DNA of 53,424 bases, taken from Girardia tigrina (taxonomy: Eukaryota). Below, in pieces: positions 12,740 to 24,800 of this stretch (within the stretch, counting starts at the first letter, position 1; every line of letters begins with the position of its first letter). The notes beneath the pieces were generated by a model. That model had not been told where the DNA came from. It was given only the letters and a program-made list of their open reading frames with translations, and searched no databases. The translations under genes and the position numbers were made by a program. The stretch spans positions 16,528 to 69,951 of the forward strand of contig MQRK01231392.1 of the NCBI GenBank assembly GCA_001938485.1, written 5' to 3'.

Positions 12740-13480
12740 GGGTTTCTTCCACCTCTTTCATTCACCCACAACTTGTAGGTTCCCTTGCAATTCATTCATA
12801 CAAGAGTTGACTGTCTCAGCTGAGGTGCTCGTGCGATTGCCTGAAACGTTCAAGTTGTAAAAAGAATCAAGCCTATCAGGAAGCATGCTGTAAGGGTGAG
12901 TGTTACCGAAGACGATATTACTTTCAAAAGTAAGCCGCTGTAGCGCTGTAGAAAGTATTTCAACATCAATTAGAGTAAAACATTTATTGCCATTGCTTAG
13001 CACAGTCATCTGCAAAGCGCTGGATTTATTCTGAAAACAAATATCATGTTATTTTGACTCCTGCTTTAATAAATGTTTCGAGTTCTGCTTTTTGCAAAAG
13101 GGTAAATATGTCTTCGAATACTTCTTGTTCTATATCAAATCGCAGTCCAAATAATTCTGTGCTGATTATACAATTTCAAGGCTCACCGTAATGATTTCTT
13201 GTCGTTGGCATATTCGTGTTAACAGCTCTTAAAATGAGTTTCTGTTTCCTGCGGTTGTAGTGCCGAATATCTATTTCTTATTATCTCTAGTAGAATCAGG
13301 TCATCACACTGTAGCTGCTTTTGCAAATCACGAAATATTTTCAAAATATCAACTATGAGACCGTTAAGCCAAACTTGATGTGATTCACATGTCCATGTCT
13401 TCAAATATCTCCATGCTGATGCAATTTTTTTCAATTCGTTTTTCACTTCTAAGAACTTAAAAAACTTCCTTACAGTCGTA
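12740..13480 (-). mobile_element. Probable hAT transposase C-terminal relic
   Basis: Degenerate translation ILKIFRDLQKQLQCDDLIL...RFDIEQEVFEDI resembles the ZNF862-like hAT C-terminal half; many stops. Confidence 0.45.
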
Positions 13481-15029
13481 AAAAGTATGAATAATAGTCA
13501 TTAAAAGGTTGACTGTAAAATTATATATTCTCGAAATTTAACGGCTCGAGAGTACATAACAAAATAATATACGGATAAATATTTATATTAACGGAAAGAT
13601 AACAAGAACAAGACTATTACAGATCACAATGAACAGGAAAAGGTCTAATAAAGGATTACTAAATAAACTTAATTAATTAAGTTACTTTTCGTTAAGAGGC
13701 AATGAACAGGCGACGGATGGCCAATTAGATAAAAATATCTTCGTTTTGTAAATTGAAGTGATCGTAATAGCAAATTTCATTTCTTTTAATTTATTTTTTT
13801 ATTTAAATTGCGATTTCTTTAATATCCAGTAGATTGATAGTTTTAAAGAATGAGTATCTTCTCTATGGTTTCAAATATTTGTCGGAATATATTATAGTAT
13901 TTAATTGTGTTAACGACGATTTCAATGTTCGGTTACAAAATTAATTCTTCTCGAAAAAATTGTCTTCTTCCTCAATCCGGAATTAAAAATAATGGTTCTT
14001 TAGTTTAATCCACAATAAGCCAAATTATTTATTTTATTTTCAAATTTTTAATTCTATTGATTTTTTTATTGCTTGGTAATTTTTTAATTTGGAAATATTT
14101 ATTGCCATTATTTATGTTTCTTTTTTGTTTATTTTCTGAACTTGATTTGAACTTGTTTTTTTATTTTCTGAATCTTTATTTTTTTCGATAAAATAAAATA
14201 AAACAACAATCACAAAAAATAAAAGACATAAAAATATTCTCGACATAAGTAAGGCACTACATTGACTATGTGCTCAGCAAATTGAACTTCGGTATGAGCA
14301 GGGAAATGATGCGCCGTTGTCCAAACTACATTAAGAATTAATAAAATAAAAATTCAAAATTAAATTAAAATTCATAAAATTCAAGATTCATAAAAAACAT
14401 AAAAATACAAACATAAAGAATTTGTTTTACTATATAAATTAAAAAATTAACAAAAGGCAAAAATTCAAATTAAAGAACTAGTCTGTTTAGTGGTGGAATA
14501 TGGAGGATCAATTTGATACTATATTGTTTATAAATAAACGTTTATCGAAAATTCTTGTTCTATTAAATACCACATACAAAAGACTGTCAAGACGGAGTGA
14601 TCATCTTGGAAATATCTGGAAACCATAAAGGTGAAATTCTTAGCACCATCTTGCGCATTTGAGTGACATTTGATATTGAACCAACAAGGGACGTAGAACA
14701 CGACGACATATCTAACCAGCCTTAAAATATCTCATGAAAGATGTTCCTGTGATACATACAGACAGAGTAAAGCGTTCGCCTTGGTTAACCATCGAGCATG
14801 ACTCCAAGCACCAGATTGAGCTGTCTGTAAAAGTGATACGTCCTTGTTACCACATTTTTACAATTTAATTTTTACATTTACAAAATTTTAAACCTTGTTT
14901 AACCAGGAGACATATTTTCTGTAAATATGACTGATCTGTGCTAAAGTCTTGCATCACAGCGTTCTTCACTTCTACTACATTTCCAGGAACTGGATTAAAC
15001 GAAATTATTTGTTTATCTTGTGATTCAAA

Positions 15030-17079
15030 TGTTGGGACCAGTGAGTTTTTCCTTCACGTCAGCCTCGGGTCTATTCATTCCACCGGCATCGAGGCAGGCG
15101 AAGGAAAAACTCCTTAAATCTAAAAAACGAAAAATAAAATATTATAATGATAATTTATAATTAATTAATTAAAAGAGAGAAACTTTTAATTGGTTTTGAC
15201 CCTTGGATCCTGTCGATTTGAATATTTTTTTTGAGAATTTGATGGCCTGATTTGTTGACGTGGGTTTGATCGGAATTTTGGCCATCTCCAGGTTGTTTCT
15301 TTATGAGGACTGTTGACTTAGTGATGGATAATTGAAGGTTGACTGTGAGAATTGTCTGCTTGCTGGTTCTGTGAGTTTTTGTGACGAAAGATTGGTATAG
15401 ATTCATCCGAATTTGTGCACTTGATCAGACTTTTTTTCTTTGAATAAATTTTATTTTAAAAACTTTGTTTTGTACTTAGGTAATTTTTGGATTTTATTTC
15501 CTTTTTTGAAGTTGATGGAGGTTGGGGAACATCATCAAAGCTGCCGATCAGTCGATAGATAACGGTAGGGGCTTATAGTTCCTGTCGAGACTATTGATGA
15601 TCACGTAGGGAAATGAACAGGTTGTGAGGTAATTTGATGACTGTCGATCTGTTAATAGATTAACGGCAGGTGCTTATAGTGCCTGCCGAGAATATTGACG
15701 ATCTGGAAGTTTGAGAAAGTCCTTATCAAGTTTCATTTCTAGAAGAGAATTCGTTTCTCTCAGCCTCCATCAATTATTTTTTATTTTTTTTAATCCATTC
15801 ATCGTCCTTATTCTGCATGAATAGGAAATATAACGAAAACAAAGATCAACAAAGAGAACTGCTGCTGGAGTTGCAGAAATGGAAAGGCGAATGTGCCAAG
15901 CTGAATGACGAATTGTCAAAGAGGACAACCGAATTTGTGGACTACAGAAAGCATTCAGTTCCTCTATCAATTCACAAACCGGTTGTGGATAAATATTTAT
16001 TGGGACAACAGAAAGTAAAGTCCTTGTAAAATGAGGTCACGGAGATGAGAATTCAGCAAAATATGTCCAGCTACTTCAAGAAGGTGATCGAAAAGGTGTC
16101 AAAAGAGCAACCGGAAATAATTATAGAAACAGCAAGCAAGATTGGATCAAATACAGAAAAGAAGCCTATGGTGATGAATCCAAACATTTATTGGTCAATT
16201 ATGAAAGAGGATATGGCATCATCTTCCTCTGAGGTACTCAGCAGATCCCAGAAGCGGCGGGAGCAGAGGAAGCGAAAGGCTCAAATGTTTCAACAGGCCA
16301 AGAATGAGCTGCAAGCTGCTTTTAAAACCAGTCGTATTGAAGTTGACGTCCAAGATGGAAAGATGGTAATCAGGAATGACACCAGTCAAAGATAGTCTTC
16401 TGATTTGATACCTCGCATCAAATTTCGCTGCTTTTTCCAACAAATAATTTCCAAGAGACTATAGTAGAACAACAAGAATGGCTGGCCTTTAAGTCAAAAC
16501 TTGAAATTCAGAAGGAGAATCGTGACCGCCTACGGTTCCGCTCTATCACAACTGGTAAAGGTGAAGAGTTTGTCAATTTATCAGATTTGGATGATTAGGG
16601 ACGATGGGTGGATTGCCTTTGATTAACATTTTCTTTGTTATATTTTAATAAAACAATGTCAACATATAATTTGTTCATGTTCTTTTAACTTTAATCTCTG
16701 ATATGAAAATGATAAACTCATAATAAGAAATATAGTAATCAAATAAAAAACATGTTGAGAAAAAAATAAGATAATCATTAATTAAATAGAAGAAGTATAA
16801 GCCAACTTTCACAGACTTAATATATTTAAATATAATGTAGAACCCAATAGGTACTTCATCAACTTCACTGGCGAGATAAAGGGCCAGATGGGGTTGATGG
16901 GGTACGATATGGATCTCTAATAAGTGTGAGTTATTACACTTAGAGGAGAGACATATCTAAATAATATTTTGGATCAAAATAAACTCAGATGCTAAAGCAT
17001 ACCATGAAACACATGAATTTAAATTAATAAAATTAAAATAATCATATAAAATCCAGCACTAATAATATCACACCCAACA
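15030..17079 (+). mobile_element. 2050-bp solo-LTR-like insertion with 4-bp TSD
   Basis: Ends are TGTTGGG...CCCAACA, with a CAAA direct repeat at 15026-15029 and 17080-17083. Removing the element and one TSD restores the transposase frame TKMMNFESQDKQIISFNPVPG. AATAAA lies near the right end. Confidence 0.85.
15817..16597 (+). pseudogene. Disrupted ORF of about 260 codons inside the LTR-like element; coiled-coil and basic, unknown family
   Basis: ORFs 15817-16029 and 16045-16395 are in the same frame, separated by one TAA. After a frameshift the translation continues FDTSHQISLLFP...EEFVNLSDLDD*. Confidence 0.55.
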
Positions 17080-19475
17080 CAAAATTCATCATCTTTGTCA
17101 ATTCACCCTCGTAAGATTTTGGACCTGTCATTCTTCCATCAACAGTTTCAAGAAGCCTTCGCAGTGTCAGTTGATTGGCATGCATCTTACAGATTAACCA
17201 CTGAACAGGCCTTTCAAGATGTTGTTCTATTTTGGAATAATTCCGCTTCATTAACCGGTGTTGACGGCTGTACCATCACAAACAATGACTTGTAAGCTAG
17301 TTGGCGATTCCCTGTCTGTAATTACTGATATTAACTCTCTTGAAACATCTTCTGACTTTTCTGACTTTGATACATGATCAAGATAATGATCATATTAACA
17401 ACATAAAAATTTGAATGTAAACCTTTTTTGACAGCACAAACAGATTATTCATAACAATTCTCAGTAAGCATCTTTCTTTATTGATTGATATAGTTTTTTG
17501 TTTATGTATTCAAATCTAAAAAAAACAATGAATTTGAAATTTTTTAATATTAACTTTTAATGTCTCATAATTTTATTGGATAAAAAGGCATTATGTAATT
17601 TTTTAAATAAACATTAATTTTTAAAATATATTAAATTTAATAAGTTAAAATCGTTTACTAAAAATATTATTAAAATTGATAATTATAAAACTTTAATCAA
17701 TTAGTACTTAAAATTAATATTATTAAATTAATTTCATTAGATTCAAGTATTCAATCAATAAACATACCAATCCCATCTGAGTAGGAAAGTCACAAATCTA
17801 AACAGAATACAAACAACAAACTTACAACATTCCAAATTGTTCCTCACAGACCATCTTGGAAAAACTATTGTGTAATGTTCTTCCTTAAACTTCCTTCGAA
17901 GAGGACCATCTTTTGATATTGAATGATATATCAATTTTGATATATCAATATCAAATGTTTTGTCTGTTCTAGCATCAAAACCAAGACATAATTCCACGAT
18001 GGCTCTCTTGAATTTCTGTACATGACGCAGATCTCCACAGCGTTTCTCTGGTACTTTAGTTTACTGGAATCCAGTGCATTAGTAGGAATCAGAAATCCAA
18101 GATCCTTTAACGCTGAATTGATAATAAGACAAGTGACTCGATGCTAATATTGGCCCTGTCAATTGACTCACAAAACTCAGGTACTGATGTCCATTTTGAA
18201 GAGCTATACTACTGTCTTCTTCTGAATCGGATTGTTTATCTAAGCTAGAGCTGTGGTAGATGTCCTCGTCGTGTTCATATTCATCATCCATCATTAACAT
18301 AAGCTGCTGCTACTGCCATCATCGCCTGAACTTTAGATTCCTCTTCAAATCTCTTTCCTCGTTCCTTTCTTTTTGTGACCTTGCAATCATCTCAGTTACT
18401 GGTTCGTCAACCTTTCAAATTATCATTCTTCTTTCTGTCTTCTGATCTAACCAAAAATCCTATTCAAGTGCCCCGGAATTTTTTTATCAAGTGGACATTG
18501 TAGCCTCTCCTCTCTAAAATACTCAGGTCGATACATCTTCACGAATAAATATCAAACACTTTGGAGAAACTCTTTACGATCTCCTGGTAGCTCGCAGATT
18601 TACGTGATTCCGAGTATTTTGTCAGGTCATTATCTTTTTGAATAAGTCTTTGAACGTTCTTTACAACACTTTCGTAGTCTACAGGTGGTATGCTGGCAGT
18701 AGTATATATATTAATAAGTTATTCTGCTACAGCTCTGAAGAACACGTAAACTTTTTTTTGAAACAAATGATGGTGATAAGCCTTAAAAACATCTTTACAG
18801 AGAGGTATTACATTTCTCCGCTGTTCCTTTGGATCACCTAACACTGAGTGGCGATACTGACTTCTTATGTACATACTACAAGCCATGAATAATAATTTTC
18901 AGTCAATTAAATAATACCTTTATCTAAAAAGAAACAAAAAATAACATAAATAGTAGCTGTGAACATTGTATAGGTAGAGAAAATACTTCAGTATGTAGTT
19001 TTCATATATCTGACTCACATATAGATGGTTATCAACTTCAAGTAAAGTGCGGTACCCATAGACATCAGCCAAACTGGCAGCAAATAACATTTCTGACTTT
19101 ATTTTATATTATAGTAAGTTTCTAATGTTGTCTGAAAGTAACAAAAAATTCACCCCACCCTAATATATATTTATATTGAGAGAAGCTCTAAATACTAGCT
19201 TATTTTATCATCTTCGACGACACTTCTTAAACCTAAAATCTAAATCCGGTGTAGTGAACACTTTTAATGAAATAAAAAAATCTAATAACAAAAAAAATTT
19301 TATTAACATAAAATTATTAATATTATTATTTACATCAAAAATCCCTTATTTTACTTATCTATAAAAAGAAATTAATGTAAATACAGACATGGAAAAAACA
19401 ATGTTGTTTTATTATTCAATAAATTTTGCGATATTTTGAAATTGATGATTTTTTCCCCTTATAATCTTTATTTAA

Positions 19476-19952
19476 CTTTGTAACGAGAAAAACCATTTTT
19501 ACAATCATAAAGCCTATCGTCATTATTTAACGCAAATTGTCAACAACAAGCCGTCGCCGACCGTTGTCGATTTATTTTCGGTTGATTTCTGCCACTCGAT
19601 TGATCGATATCAAATTTTGGTGCTCGCACAGATCCAATTAGTCAAAAATGGAGAACGCGCCTCTGCACTCGACGGCAGCGCTGGATTAATCAATCACTTG
19701 ATCAAATCCCAACAATTGGCACACAAATCGATCATCGTTGTGATCGCATCAGCGGGCCATCGAGCATCTTCAATCCCTATCGACAGAAAAAGTGATCAAC
19801 TTTATAAAGACCGAGCGCACGGTGGCATGGTAAAGTTAGTAATTACCCGTATCTCCTTTCCTCTATTATTTATAGACGCGGGTACACTTCACCCGGTAAG
19901 AATGAAGGATCTGCGTAAGGATATTCTGCCTCATCATTTTGTGTTAATATAA
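19476..19952 (+). CDS. Putative exon(s), hypothetical protein
   Basis: About 158 stop-free codons in a GC-enriched island, while the same-register reverse frame is closed. Possible 46-nt intron 19830-19875 (ATG|GTAAAG...TTATAG). Confidence 0.35.
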   Translation, partial: LCNEKNHFYNHKAYRHYLTQIVNNKPSPTVVDLFSVDFCHSIDRYQILVLAQIQLVKNGERASALDGSAGLINHLIKSQQLAHKSIIVVIASAGHRASSIPIDRKSDQLYKDRAHGGMVKLVITRISFPLLFIDAGTLHPVRMKDLRKDILPHHFVLI

Positions 19953-20964
19953 TAATTAATATATAATTGAGTAAATGAAAGTACTAAAAGATAGATTACT
20001 TGTTTGAATTTATACATCATACCCACCAAAGCTGAGTTGACCTATCTCGTTCTAAAATAAACACCTTTCAGGAAGGTTGAAAAATTTTTCTATGGGTTTT
20101 TTTCTAATTTTTATATGAGTATTTTGAAAATGGTTATCAGCGAAATTCGAAAACTTTACATAATTTAGATATTTTGCATTTCAATAAAATTGTAAAGAGA
20201 AAATAACAGCGATTATTAAAGTTATTCTATATAAATATTGTCGTTAATTTACCTGATAATGATATTTTCATTTTTTTAAGTCATTGAAACTAGAGATTTG
20301 TAATACAATAAAAATGTTGTACTAGGGCGGCGCTATTGAATTAAACCTTTCTGCACTATAACATTTTAGTAAAATTAAAAGAATTCATATTTTTCATTCA
20401 AATTTATTCCAATTCCAACGAATTGATTTACAAATTCTTTGTATATAAATTTCATGATGTGTTTCAAAATTTTAATAGAAACTAATGTATTTCATTTAAT
20501 GTTTTCAAAATTATTTTGTTTAACTTATTTTGTGTGGTTTGTTGTGTTGTGTTATATGTACTTTTTATTCTCAATCAATATTTCGTATTCAAACAACTCG
20601 ACGAAAATCCAAATCGGAAATATTCGAAACAAGAAATGCTCTAAATCAAATAAAAAAATTAAATCAGAATTGGAAATATTTGAAATTAAAATATCTTCAT
20701 ATCTAGTTTTTATAAAAATTCAAAAACAATTTGAATTCCAAAAAAATTGTAAAAATTGTAATTATGTAAATATACAGTTAATGTTAAATTTTATTAAATG
20801 GTTGTTTAAATCGAATTACTGAATCAAAAAACAGACTTAGATATCTTTTACTTTTTATTGAAATAACTAAATTGAAGATAATTTGTAGAGGTAACTAATC
20901 ACTGCATGGTTAAATCGAAGTTTTTTGATATTTTGGGGCATTTTAAAAATAGAATTTTTTAAGG

Positions 20965-21506
20965 TGTTTATTTAAAAAATAGAATCGAAAAATTTTTTAT
21001 TTAAAAAATAGAATCAATAAAAATGGAATTTTGAAGTTAAAAAGTTGATATAGCCATATAATTCTAGCAAAATCAATCTTTCAGTAATCTTCTATTTTTT
21101 AATTGCTTTATACATGGTGATATAACTTACTCGATATTAGTCTCGCGCCGAACATGCTTAATAGCTTCCTTTGGTGTAACAGTTGGTAACTCTATTCTAT
21201 TCCGATTTAATTATACTACTTGAAAGCTTGTCATTAGCTTCATCATTACATGTATCGATCATATTGCATCTCGTAATAACACAAGAATTTATGATTTTCT
21301 TAAACCAAGCATTTAAATTAAAACTGCATACAAGCTTTATACATTTTTTATTTCGCTTAATGACTTTGTAACTTATACCCTTGAGTTCTAGTTTCTTTGC
21401 CCTTACACTCCTTATATTTGAAAAATTGAATTCTATATTACAAATAAAAAATTTTAAATTCTATTTTTTAAATAAAAATATTTTCGAATCTTTTTTTAAA
21501 TAAGCA
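20965..21506. mobile_element. Inverted-repeat-bounded element (MITE/foldback-like)
   Basis: About 50-bp imperfect inverted repeats: TGTTTATTTAAAAAATAGAATCGAAAAATTTTTTATTTAAAAAATAGAAT versus the reverse complement at 21457-21506. Confidence 0.55.
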
Positions 21507-21880
21507 ATAATAAATTTTTTTTTAATATTTTCCTGAAATTTTTATTAAATTACTTTAATAAGTTGAAATTTAATCGATAAATAAATTCTTTTCATTAAAT
21601 AATCATAAACATTCTTATAATAATAAATTCATGCTATAAATCTCACTGTGTCATTTTATAAATTTACGAAACTCCTTCATTTAACTTTGTTTTCATTTTA
21701 TGAAGTTTTCTAAAAGAATTATAAAAATAATTAAATTAGAAAAAATATATATTTCAAAAAAATGTTTTTTTCCTTAATCTTTTATAATGATATAATTACA
21801 GAATTTGATTTTTATGACTTTCTAATTATTGCTAATAACTAATGAAAATAAATTTGTTTTAATAATATTTTTTTGGACTC

Positions 21881-24800
21881 ATGGCGACCGCGCGTTGTGA
21901 AGTGATTAGTACTATTGATACCGTGCAGTTTTCTGACAGTACTGAAATTTCACCTGATGGAAACTACTGTGTGAACTGCTGCTACCAACTTGAAGAGGTT
22001 CACTATTTAACTGATTGACGATTGATAAAATAATCTTTAAATCTATAAATCTCTGTATCCATAAGAATGTTTCGTTTGTCTTTGAACTTAAACTGTATAT
22101 GTATATACATATAATATTATATATAAAGGAAAGATCGAATTTCAATATCAACCAGTCTAAAAGTTAAATATTTTAAATGCTTTCTTAAATTTGATCGATT
22201 TTTCTTTAATAATCGCATATACAATTAATAATTTCTTAAATGAGATCTATGACTAATCAGAAACTTCATTACCTTATTCTAATTGAATATTTTTTTTAAC
22301 ACATCGTATGCGAAATTTATGTTAATAAAATCTATATCAAAAGGTTTAATATTATTTTTCGGTTGCAAAAAATAAAATTTGCAATTTTATTTTTGTACTA
22401 TTTATTAATTTGTAATTTCTCAACTTGAATTATTGATGGATTACTTTTAACTGATTTTTTAGGAATAAATCTTTTTCATTTGTTAATTTATCAACTCTAC
22501 CCTTTGTTTAGCTGGGCTTCCAGATGTATTCCGCGTTCATTTTAATTGATGATAACACTTAGTGATAGAAATCATTTTACAATATCATCGGCACTTAGAA
22601 TTATTAAAATTTCTACTTTTTTTATTCGTATAATGCAAATCGTTTGTGATACTCGTGGAAATAAACAAAACTACTTAAAAAACAAAAAAACGGATAATTT
22701 TTCAGATTCAGACTGTTGTAATTTAGACGAGTATTTTGATACTTAGATGTTCTTAGTTCAGATCTGCATAAAATAAGATCTTCTTAACTCTACCGGCACT
22801 AATATTATCGGCATACCAGGCAAAATATTTTGAAAATTAAAAGAAATACACCTGTTCTCTATTAGATATGCAATGTAGGCGTTTATTATATTTCTGGATA
22901 AAATAGTTACGTAAATTAATCGAAAAAAATAATCTAATCAATGGAATTAGATCTGAGGGTCACTCTAATGGATCTTAAGCTATTGAAAATGTCCGGTTAT
23001 ATAGAAGGGGTAGAAAAAATCGGAACAAACTTCATCACATACTCACGTCACACACACAACTGCAATACACATACATACATACATAATTTAGAAGCATTCG
23101 TAAGAACCGTAAGCATTTATATATGACACCTGACACTTTATAAAAAATTATTATAAATTATTAATTATTAATAAATATTCATATATTATCACTAATTCAT
23201 AAATTCTTAAATAATCACAAATTAATTCTTAAATAATCACAAAATAATTAATAAATAATCACAAATTAATTAATAAATAATCACAAATTAATTAATAAAT
23301 AATCACAAAATTAATTCATAAATAATCACAAATTAATTAATAAATAATCACAAAATTAATTCATAAATAATCACAAATTAATTAATAAATAATCACAATT
23401 TAATAAATAATCACAAAATTAATTCATAAATAATCACAAATTAATTCATAAATAATCACAAATTAATTCATAAATAATCAAAAATTAATTAATGAATAAT
23501 CACAAATTAATTCATAAATAATCACAAATTAATTAATAAATAATCACAAATTAATTAATAAATAATCACAAATTAATTCCTAAATAATCACAAATTAAGG
23601 GGCCATCCGTTTATTACATACACAAAAAGTTAATATTTTAACCCCCCTCCTCCCCCATTGCATCCTGTACATTTTGAACTACCATAAGCACATACAAATT
23701 GAGTCTCGAACCACCATTTTATAAAATATTATAAAGCTTCGTTGTTGTACAATACATGTTAATGTAAGATCTATTATATTAATTATGATTCTAATTTTTA
23801 TAATATGTTTATATTTAGTTGGTTAGCTATTTTTATTTTCAATTATACATAAAAATGATTAACTATAATGTAAAAATTAGGCACATAAAGCTGTAAAAAA
23901 TGATAATTTTGCATAATAGTGCATCTAGGACATAAAATTAAAGTGTAAAATTTGGACATCCAAAGTTAATTTGACAACCACTTAAGATTTTTATACAATG
24001 TTCTAAATTTCTTCCAACAAACACTGTATCATAACAAATGCTGGCTGTGTGCAGATTTAATCATTTAATAAAAATCAAAGATGAACGAAACATATTTTGG
24101 ATAATGCGATAATAAATGGCGGTCTGAATAATATCGAGTTTCTAATTTGAATTAAGATTATTTTGCTGTTAATTGACATTCTTGATTTCATTTATTTTTT
24201 TCTATTCAAATAGAAAAGTCATCTTAGTACAAAAATTTTAATTTAAATGTGAAATTTGATAATCAATAATTACAGCTATTTTTGATAATTTAATTAATTA
24301 CATAATTTTCATTTGCCATTTAATATAAATATAATCAGTCCAATAAAAAAAGAGAGGGATCGATTCTCCTAATACAACTAGATGGTACATCTGCCAGAAT
24401 TGTAACTAAAGTATCCGACATAGACGGAATACTGGACTCGTGTTGGGTGTCGGCAAACGAGGCAGTGTTTGCGGGTGCGTTGGGCAACCTATATTTCTAC
24501 TGTCACAATCTTCCGAGTGACCTGTTTTTGCGCACCTCTGTTGAGATCGATAATTCCAGTCTCTGTCTTTCTGTCGATTCGCACTTGAACAAGTTGACTT
24601 TCTTATCAAATATAAAACTAATTCTTCTGTATTGACGTAACCCAACCAGAAAAATAATTATTATTTTCACATTTACTTTTTGCTCAAAGTTTTATATCTA
24701 TTTATACCTTAAGTCATCTTCAAATTTGCGTTTCCTATGATTTAGTGATTAAATGAATATTACTTTGGTACTTAAATATGTCATGTTAGATGTTTTTGGA

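Larger units (their letters stand above)
14590..19162 (-). mobile_element. hATm-like DNA transposon (hAT superfamily), intron-containing, decayed, 3'-truncated, interrupted at 15030-17079
   Basis: The 5' terminus TAGGGTGGGGTG lies at 19162 (minus). Motifs: LGFDARTDKT and KEEHY (about 17870-17990), CDGTAVNTG and WLICKMHANQL (CxxH) with GPKSYEG (17095-17290), FSTDQSYL, SHARWLTKANALLCLYVS and YVPCWFNIK (14600-15010). Confidence 0.85.

Noticed and set aside
19500-19780. Alternative genetic code (TGA = Trp), suggested by frames broken only by TGA
   Set aside because: All seven DPH7 Trp codons are TGG, Gln uses CAA/CAG, and DPH7 ends in TAA, so the standard code fits.
21912-22151. Minus-strand ORF (also 24406-24645, 9437-9814, 29852-30277, 36459-36680)
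   Set aside because: Antisense shadows of coding sequence on the other strand.
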